In this document: piece by piece, positions 16,282 to 22,445 of the stretch
Numbering within the stretch: position 1 is the stretch's first letter
Layout of the letters: each line of letters opens with the position of its first letter
Source: Candidatus Diapherotrites archaeon CG10_big_fil_rev_8_21_14_0_10_31_34
GTDB taxonomy: Archaea; Iainarchaeota; Iainarchaeia; Iainarchaeales; 1-14-0-10-31-34
DNA length: 22,445 nucleotides
Reading direction: 5' to 3'
NCBI GenBank assembly: GCA_002763225.1
Contig: PFAI01000017.1
Coordinates: 9,155 to 31,599 of the forward strand
Program-made: the position numbers and the translations under genes
Notes under the pieces: model-generated
Database searches by the model: none
The model's input: only the letters and a program-made list of their open reading frames with translations
Told to the model about the DNA's origin: nothing

Positions 16282-17787
16282 TCAGTCAATCAGGCTTTTT
16301 CCAGTCATTTCTTTTGGTTTTTTTATTTCAAGCAGTTCAAGCATTGTTGGCGCAACATCAATTAATTCTGCTTCTTTTTTTAACTTTGCTTTTTTTAGTT
16401 TTTCTTCGTTTGAAATTAAAATAAACGGAACTTTATTTGTTGTATGTGCAGGGCATTTTTTTCCGTTTTCATAAAACATTTGTTCTGCGTTTCCATGATC
16501 AGAAATAATTATTACTGCCCCTTTTTTTTCCAGCACTGATTCAACTATTCCCCCTATGCAGTTATCAACTGTCTGAATTGCTTTTACTACTGCATCAATT
16601 TTTCCTGAATGGCCCACTAAATCAGCATTAGCAAAGTTTACAATAATTACATCAAACTTGTTTTTTTCTATTTCCTCTAAAACTTTTTCTTTTACTTCTA
16701 TTGCACTCATCTCAGGTTTTAAATCATATGAAGGCACTTTAGGAGAATTAACTAAAATTCTTTCTTCGCTTTTATTTGGTTTTTCTTCCTGGCTGTTAAA
16801 AAAGAAAGTTACATGAGCATATTTTTCTGTTTCTGCAACCCTTAACTGTTTTAAACCATTTTCTGCTAAAACTTTTCCTAAATTGTTTTTCACTTTTGTT
16901 TGTTCAAAAGCTATTTTTGCTTTAATGTTTTTGTCATATCTTGTCATGCAGACAAAATTTACTTTTGGTGCATTAAACTTTTTTTCAGTAAAACATTTAG
17001 TTAACTGTCTGCTCCTGTCAGACCTGAAATTAAAGAAAATTACTGCATCATTTTTTTCAATTAATCCTTTTTCGTTCAACAAAATTGGTTTAACATAATA
17101 GTCTGTTTCTTCTCCTCTTTTATATGCATTTTCTATTGCCTGTAAAACATTGTTTTCCTTGAATCCTTTTCCTTTTGTTAAAAGCCTTAATGCCTGTTCT
17201 GTTCTATCCCAGTTATTGTCTCTGTCCATTGAATAATATCTTCCAATCATTGAAGCAATTTCTCCCACGCCAATTTCTTTAATTTTTTCCTGCAGTTTTT
17301 TCAGGTATTTTCCTGCTGACCTTTCAGGGACATCTCTTCCATCCAAAAAACAGTGAACAAAAACTTTTTTTGCATTCACTTTTTTTGCCATTTCCAGTAA
17401 TGCATTCAAATGCCTTGTGGTTGAGTGAACTCCTTCATCTGATAATAATCCCATTAAATGAATTTTTTTTCCTTGTTTTTTTGCTTTTTTCATTGCTTCT
17501 AGTAAAACTTTATTTTCAAAAAAACTTCCTTTTTTTATTTCATTATTTATCAGCATTAACGGCTGGAATACAATTCTTCCTGCTCCGATATGTAAATGTC
17601 CTACTTCAGAGTTTCCTTGTGTTTTTTCTGGCAGTCCAACGTTTTTTCCAGAGCACTTTAATTCTGTGTGAGGAAATTCTTTCAGATAATTCAAAAAGTT
17701 TTTTGGCTGAGCTAAATAAACTGCATTTCCTGTTGTTTTTTCTGATATTCCCCATCCATCCATTATAATTAAAGTCAATGGCTTCAT
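16282..17787 (-). CDS. gpmI: 2,3-bisphosphoglycerate-independent phosphoglycerate mutase (bacterial type)
   Basis: MKPLTLIIMDGWG, GNSEVGH, FLDGRD, GRYYSMDRD, FNFRSDR, AETEKYAHVTFFF, NADLVGH, SDHGNAE, AHTT. An alternative in-frame start lies at 17898. Confidence 0.96.
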   Translation of the reverse strand: MKPLTLIIMDGWGISEKTTGNAVYLAQPKNFLNYLKEFPHTELKCSGKNVGLPEKTQGNSEVGHLHIGAGRIVFQPLMLINNEIKKGSFFENKVLLEAMKKAKKQGKKIHLMGLLSDEGVHSTTRHLNALLEMAKKVNAKKVFVHCFLDGRDVPERSAGKYLKKLQEKIKEIGVGEIASMIGRYYSMDRDNNWDRTEQALRLLTKGKGFKENNVLQAIENAYKRGEETDYYVKPILLNEKGLIEKNDAVIFFNFRSDRSRQLTKCFTEKKFNAPKVNFVCMTRYDKNIKAKIAFEQTKVKNNLGKVLAENGLKQLRVAETEKYAHVTFFFNSQEEKPNKSEERILVNSPKVPSYDLKPEMSAIEVKEKVLEEIEKNKFDVIIVNFANADLVGHSGKIDAVVKAIQTVDNCIGGIVESVLEKKGAVIIISDHGNAEQMFYENGKKCPAHTTNKVPFILISNEEKLKKAKLKKEAELIDVAPTMLELLEIKKPKEMTGKSLID

Positions 17788-17789
17788 TT

Positions 17790-17880
17790 TACTACCCGCT
17801 TCCGTGCGGGTGTAACGCAAACGTTTCGCCGTTTGAGCACGATGTAGTATCTTCGCTTTGCTCAGCCCTGCTTTCCTGCT
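17790..17880 (-). other. GC-rich multi-hairpin element (structured RNA leader or REP-like element) containing hairpin motif copy 2
   Basis: 49/90 G+C over 17791-17880 in very AT-rich surroundings. Stems at 17835-17863 (GAGCA..CGA/TCG-TGCTC), 17818-17835 (CAAACG-GCGAAA-CGTTTG) and 17794-17811 (ACCCGC-ACGGAA-GCGGGT). Confidence 0.7.
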
Positions 17881-17894
17881 TTTCCTTTTTTTTT

Positions 17895-18260
17895 TCATCT
17901 GACTACCTCTATTTCTGTTTCTTTTCCTTTTCTGTCAAATCCTTTTAGGTTGTCTAAATTAAATGGCCAGCAAATTATTAAGTGTATTTCGCCTAAAGCA
18001 GAAAAAACTTTTAGGTCTCCTTGAGAGGGATTATTGTTGTTGCTTGGATGAGAGTGAATTGTTCCAACAATGCTTTTGTCAAATGGAATCAAATCTGTTC
18101 TGATTGAAGAAAAGTTTTTTCCGTACACTGCTGGAAAAATCACTAATTCAGTTATTTCGTTTTCTTTATTCCTTCCCAGCATTGAAATGAATTCATCTGG
18201 ATAAACGCTTTTTGCTGCCAAAGTAATTGATTCAATTACCTGTTCTTTTATCTTAATCAT
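17895..18260 (-). CDS. JAMM/MPN+ (Mov34) metalloprotease-domain protein
   Basis: Glu in YPDEF plus HSH-x7-S-x2-D (HSHPSNNNNPSQGD). ATG 18260 overlaps the flippase stop by 8 nt. Confidence 0.9.
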   Translation of the reverse strand: MIKIKEQVIESITLAAKSVYPDEFISMLGRNKENEITELVIFPAVYGKNFSSIRTDLIPFDKSIVGTIHSHPSNNNNPSQGDLKVFSALGEIHLIICWPFNLDNLKGFDRKGKETEIEVVR

Positions 18261-19506
18261 TGCTTTTCTCACTTTTCTTTTTTAAGAACACTATTCTAAA
18301 AACATTTATCCCACAAATTATTGACCCGACAAAAAAACTAATGCCTGTTGCTATTGAAGCTCCTTTTATTCCAATCACAGGGATTAACAAAAAATTTAGA
18401 ATTACTGAAACAACCAAAACAATGACTGAGATTAATGCTGTTTCTTTTTCTTTGTTCATTGCTATTAAAACCACACAGAAAATGTAAAACAAAGAAACAA
18501 ATATTGAGCTGATTGCAAGCCAAAACAAAGATTCAGAGGCTAAAATAAACTCATTTCCGAAAAAAATTTTAAGGATTTGTTTGCTAAAAAGAGATAGAAT
18601 AATGGATAGGGGTAAAATAAAAATTATAAAATATTTTAATGATTTTTTAAGATGCATTTTTAACTCATTTTTTTTATTGTTTGAAAAAGATTCAGAAATG
18701 ATAGGAAATAATGCACCAGCAAGTGCCATAGTTAAATAATAAGGAAGTCTGCTTGTTTGTAGTGCAGCATTATATAATCCTGTCAAACCGTTTTCTATTA
18801 GTAATGCTTTTACTGAGAACAAACCAAAAGTGAAAGCACTTTCAAACAAAAAACTAAATACAGTTATAGGAATTGCTAATTTTAATATTTTTAAGTATTC
18901 AAAAGATTTTTTTGCTTTATTTTTTTCAGATAAATAAGCCCCCATTACAATTGCTGCAAGTGGAGCTAATGCAAATCCAATTATTGCTCCAAAAAGTGAA
19001 AACCCTGACAAAACCAAAAATATTATTGTAGCAAATTTTGTAATAGAATAGGAAATGGTTACAAGAGATTGTTTGTTATACTTCTGCAACCCATTAAAGT
19101 ACCCTAAAAAAACAGGATAAAGAAAGAAAATTGGGATCATAATAGAACTTATTTTTATATAGAGAGCAATTGAAGAATCATTTAATCCTATTGCAATTAA
19201 ATCAGCGCAAAGATAATAAACTATGAAAACAAGAACCCCAATAAATAAATTTAATTTAATTCCACTTTTTTTAATTGATTCTGCATTATTCTTTTTTTGG
19301 GATATTAATAGGCTTATTGCACCTTGGCTTCCACTAATAAAAAGTATGGATATTAATGAAACCAAAGAAATAGTTATTGCATAGATTCCATAATTTGCTG
19401 CCCCAAGAGTTTTGGCCAAGAAAATGTTTACTCCATAACCAGAAAGCATGTAAACAATGTTAGCTATAAAAAGCGAAAACGTTCCAAATAAAAGAATTCT
19501 TTTCAT
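18253..19506 (-). CDS. Oligosaccharide/polysaccharide flippase (Wzx/PST, MOP superfamily)
   Basis: About 12 TM; LAKTLGAANYGIY, GLYNAA, FPIIS, LNFLLIPVIGIKGASIAT. Start likely MKRILL at 19506 (alternative 19554). Confidence 0.9.
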   Translation of the reverse strand: MKRILLFGTFSLFIANIVYMLSGYGVNIFLAKTLGAANYGIYAITISLVSLISILFISGSQGAISLLISQKKNNAESIKKSGIKLNLFIGVLVFIVYYLCADLIAIGLNDSSIALYIKISSIMIPIFFLYPVFLGYFNGLQKYNKQSLVTISYSITKFATIIFLVLSGFSLFGAIIGFALAPLAAIVMGAYLSEKNKAKKSFEYLKILKLAIPITVFSFLFESAFTFGLFSVKALLIENGLTGLYNAALQTSRLPYYLTMALAGALFPIISESFSNNKKNELKMHLKKSLKYFIIFILPLSIILSLFSKQILKIFFGNEFILASESLFWLAISSIFVSLFYIFCVVLIAMNKEKETALISVIVLVVSVILNFLLIPVIGIKGASIATGISFFVGSIICGINVFRIVFLKKKSEKSND

Positions 19507-19578
19507 ATATTTATTAATAAAAATGGGAAAACAAATAAAATTTGATCTAATCATGCCTTAACCCGCATTTAAAGGGAG

Positions 19579-20388
19579 TTGGATTTGTTGATTAAAAACT
19601 CAGTTAATAAACTTGGACAAATTGTTTCAATTTTTAAGTTATTTAAGAACTGGCATTTAATTATGCGATTTTTTTTGGGTGCCAATTCAAAAGACAAAAT
19701 TAAATGCGTTTTGAGGAATGACTTGGTTTTTGGTATAAGAAACAATAAAGTTGATTTAGTTGTTTTGATGGAATGCTTATTGCCCAAATCATACACTAAT
19801 TATAAGAAAATTAATCAAGAGGATATCGTAATTGATATTGGTGCGAACATAGGGGCATTTTCGGTTTATTCAGGTTCAATTGCCAAAAAAGGAAAAATTT
19901 ATTGTTTTGAACCAGAAAAAGAAAATTTTAATTTACTTAAAGAAAACATTAAACTGAATGGTTTGTCTAATATTAAAGCATTTAATCTTGCTGTAGGAAG
20001 TAAAGAGGAAATAAATCAGCTTTTTTTATCTGAAAGCAGTAGTGAACACAGTGTCTGCTTTCCTGCAAAGGCAACAGGAAAATCTGTTTCAGTTAACTTT
20101 ATCTCTCTTGAAAAAATATTTAATGATAACTGCCTTAGCTATTGTGATTTCATGAAAATTGATTGTGAGGGTTGTGAATATGATGTTTTATTTTCTGCCC
20201 CAAAGAAAATTTTAGAAAAAATAAAATATATTGCATTAGAATTTCATGATTTTAAAGAAAGTTACAGGTACCTTGAATTAAAGGAACACTTAGAAAAAAA
20301 TGGCTTTAAGGTAATACTTTCACTTCACAAAGAGCTTTATGTAAAGCCTTTTTATAAATTAGGGATAATTTATGCTGAAAGAAAATAA
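19579..20388 (+). CDS. FkbM-family SAM-dependent methyltransferase
   Basis: VIDIGANIGAFS, CFEP, MKIDCEGCEY, LEFH. TTG start; 19585 or 19588 fit the GGGAG RBS spacing better. Confidence 0.92.
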   Translation: MDLLIKNSVNKLGQIVSIFKLFKNWHLIMRFFLGANSKDKIKCVLRNDLVFGIRNNKVDLVVLMECLLPKSYTNYKKINQEDIVIDIGANIGAFSVYSGSIAKKGKIYCFEPEKENFNLLKENIKLNGLSNIKAFNLAVGSKEEINQLFLSESSSEHSVCFPAKATGKSVSVNFISLEKIFNDNCLSYCDFMKIDCEGCEYDVLFSAPKKILEKIKYIALEFHDFKESYRYLELKEHLEKNGFKVILSLHKELYVKPFYKLGIIYAERK

Positions 20389-21250
20389 ACTTGATTTTAG
20401 TGTGGTGATTCCGGCCAAAAATGCAGAAAAGACTATTGAGAGATGTATAACTTGTTTGTTGAATCAAAGTTACCCAAAAAAGAAATATGAAATAATAATA
20501 GTTGACAATAATTCTACAGATAATACTGTAAAAAAAACAAAAAATTTTCAAGTTAAAGTTTTTTTAAATAAGAAAAAAGGGGCAGGAGCCACAAGAAATT
20601 TAGGGGTAAAAAAAGCTAAAGGAAAAATAATTGCTTTTATTGACAGTGACCGGTTTGCTGAAAAAAATTGGCTGGAAGAAGCTAAACTTTTTTTTGAAAC
20701 AAATCAAAATGTAAATGTTGCCGCAGGAAAAATTGTTTTAGATAATTATTCCCTTATAAAAAAAGCAATATTTTTAGCAAAAATGGATCAAGAGTTTTTT
20801 ATAGAAAATGGTTTTGCAGCCACCTGCAACATGTTTATTAAAAAGAAAACATTCAATAGACTTGGGGGATTTGATGAGAGACTTTTTATTACAAATGAAG
20901 ATGTTGAATTTGGGGAAAGGGCTAAAGCGTTCGGGGAAGAAATTATTTTACTAGAAAAAGCCATTGTTAGCTATAACCCTCGTCCCATTTGGAAATATTT
21001 TAAAAATGAATTCAGAAGAGGGCGAGCAATATCTCATTTGCTTTTTCTTAAAAAGAAAGGATTGGGTTATGACTTTCCAAAGGTGCATAAGACATTTAAT
21101 CTTGTTAAAACAGTTTTGTTTCACAGGAAATATAATTTTTTTGAGTTATTATTTTTTTTGATTATAAACGGAACAGGCAAGCTTATTTGTATTTTTGGCA
21201 AATTATCTGAAGACTGTTGTTTATTAATGGACTACAAAAAAAAGAATTGA
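20372..21250 (+). CDS. Glycosyltransferase family 2
   Basis: SVVIPAKN, IIVDNNSTD, RNLG, AFIDSD, GGFDE, EDVEF. Confidence 0.92.
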   Translation: MLKENKLDFSVVIPAKNAEKTIERCITCLLNQSYPKKKYEIIIVDNNSTDNTVKKTKNFQVKVFLNKKKGAGATRNLGVKKAKGKIIAFIDSDRFAEKNWLEEAKLFFETNQNVNVAAGKIVLDNYSLIKKAIFLAKMDQEFFIENGFAATCNMFIKKKTFNRLGGFDERLFITNEDVEFGERAKAFGEEIILLEKAIVSYNPRPIWKYFKNEFRRGRAISHLLFLKKKGLGYDFPKVHKTFNLVKTVLFHRKYNFFELLFFLIINGTGKLICIFGKLSEDCCLLMDYKKKN

Positions 21251-21269
21251 GTTTGTGATTTCACTTAAC

Positions 21270-22340
21270 TTATATTGACTTATAAACATCCAGATATCTT
21301 TTTATGATTTTGCCCCAAGACAAGTTTTGTTTTGTGTAATTTTTGGCGTCATTGCCTAGTTTTTCCCTTTTTTCTTTATTTTCAAGTAAATCAATAATAA
21401 TTTTTTGATATTCTTCTGAATTTCTTTCTTCTACAAGAATTCCGTTTTTTCCATTTTGAATTGCGTTTTTTATCCCTTCAATATTTGATGCAACAATAGA
21501 CAAACCATATGAAGCAGCTTCTATTGCTACAATTCCAAAGCCTTCTATATCCCCTTCAACCCTTATATTTGGCATTACAAATATGTCAGAGCAAGCAAAA
21601 ATCTCTTCCAAAAACTTGTTTTCTACTTCGCTCAACAAAAAAACATTTTCTCCAAGTTTTTTTTCTTTTATTACTTTTTTTATTTCTTTTTCCATAATCC
21701 CTTTTCCAACAATCAAGTAAACCAAATTATTGTGTTTTTTTAAGATTGTCGGAAAAACTTCTGATAAAAACCAGTGGAATCCTTTTCTTTTAACCAACCT
21801 CCCAACAGAGAGCAAAATTTCGTTTCTCTCTAGATCAACTCCTATTTTTTCTTTCAATATACTTTTATTACATTCAATTTTTTCTTTTTTTTCAACTCCT
21901 ATTGGAATAAATACGCATTTATTTTTTGGGATCCCTCTTTTTTCGCATTCTTCTATTACTTTATTGCTTATGCAAATTATTTTATCATATTTTTTCATGA
22001 AAAAAGGCATTATTTTCTGATAAAAAAAATTTGGGAAAGTTACATCTAATCCATGCAAAGTTAAAACAATCGGAAAACCTTTTACTTTTTTTATTATTAA
22101 ACCTAAAGGACTTAACAATCCATCACCCATATGAATAATGCATTTTTCTTTTTCAAAAAAAATTTTTATTAGTGCATAAAAAACAAAAAAAGGCAAAAAG
22201 ATCTGTGGTTTTTTCAATGCAATTATTTCGCTTTTATTTGTTTTTGAAATTCTTGTAGTAACTTCATAACTAAGTTTTTCCATTCCGCCAATTGATGGCG
22301 GGTATTTTCTGGTAATGAAAACAATTTTCATTTTTTTCAC
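21270..22340 (-). CDS. Glycosyltransferase family 4 (GT-B)
   Basis: YPPSIGGME, TLHG, SVGRLVKRKG, EGFGIVAIEA (E-x7-E). GTG start overlaps the upstream stop. Confidence 0.93.
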   Translation of the reverse strand: MKKMKIVFITRKYPPSIGGMEKLSYEVTTRISKTNKSEIIALKKPQIFLPFFVFYALIKIFFEKEKCIIHMGDGLLSPLGLIIKKVKGFPIVLTLHGLDVTFPNFFYQKIMPFFMKKYDKIICISNKVIEECEKRGIPKNKCVFIPIGVEKKEKIECNKSILKEKIGVDLERNEILLSVGRLVKRKGFHWFLSEVFPTILKKHNNLVYLIVGKGIMEKEIKKVIKEKKLGENVFLLSEVENKFLEEIFACSDIFVMPNIRVEGDIEGFGIVAIEAASYGLSIVASNIEGIKNAIQNGKNGILVEERNSEEYQKIIIDLLENKEKREKLGNDAKNYTKQNLSWGKIIKRYLDVYKSI

Positions 22341-22445
22341 TTTTTCATGTCTGCCAGAAAACCAAACAAAATTATTTGCAGTCCTGTTACAATTAAAATC
22401 ATTGTTAAAATCATTAAAGCAATATGTCCTTCAATTCCTGAACTA
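22337..22445 (-). CDS. C-terminal TM end of a probable membrane-anchored GT2 (polyprenol-phosphate glycosyltransferase-like), partial
   Basis: Manual translation ...SSGIEGHIALMILTMILIVTGLQIILFGFLADMKK*. Resembles the GxQxxxFGxLAD tail of DPM1/GtrB-like GT2s. GTGA overlap with the GT4 gene. Confidence 0.6.
   Translation of the reverse strand, partial: SSGIEGHIALMILTMILIVTGLQIILFGFLADMKK

Noticed and set aside
469..17840. The two motif copies as terminal inverted repeats of a 17-kb mobile element
   Set aside because: The enclosed genes are core housekeeping genes, and no transposase, integrase or target-site duplication was seen.
17790..17880. Hammerhead ribozyme, tRNA or SECIS identity for the GC-rich element
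   Set aside because: CUGA is followed by GCA rather than NGA and no three-stem junction fits; there is no cloverleaf or T-loop; no in-frame UGA selenoprotein is nearby.
1268..22020. Numerous 60-160 aa ORFs antisense to or overlapping assigned genes
   Set aside because: They are Phe/Ser/Leu-rich shadows of Lys/Glu-rich genes with no recognisable motifs.

Overview
Very AT-rich archaeal chromosomal segment. Gene content and protein style suggest a DPANN archaeon, possibly Ca. Iainarchaeota/Diapherotrites-like (inference). The left and centre are dominated by translation and tRNA-maturation genes: EF-1beta, an HVO_2753-type Zn-ribbon protein, tRNA-Arg(UCG), a class I CCA-adding enzyme, Taw3, Elp3, and a head-to-head pelota/ABCE1 pair. 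Interspersed are a VirB11/CpaF-type ATPase, a metallophosphoesterase, a membrane-anchored PD-(D/E)xK nuclease and membrane proteins. The right half has AsnB, a four-gene class III signal peptide (pilin-like) operon, bacterial-type gpmI, a JAMM protein and a surface-glycan cluster (flippase, FkbM, GT2, GT4, partial GT2). The most notable non-gene signals are: (1) a 22-nt hairpin motif found twice, 17 kb apart, just 5' of the tRNA and inside a GC-rich three-hairpin element 5' of gpmI, with a compensatory T-A/C-G base-pair change; (2) the pelota-ABCE1 spacer, which carries a 21-nt periodic repeat and a polybasic, poly(A)-rich candidate uORF ahead of pelota. No integrase, transposase, CRISPR array or rRNA was seen.
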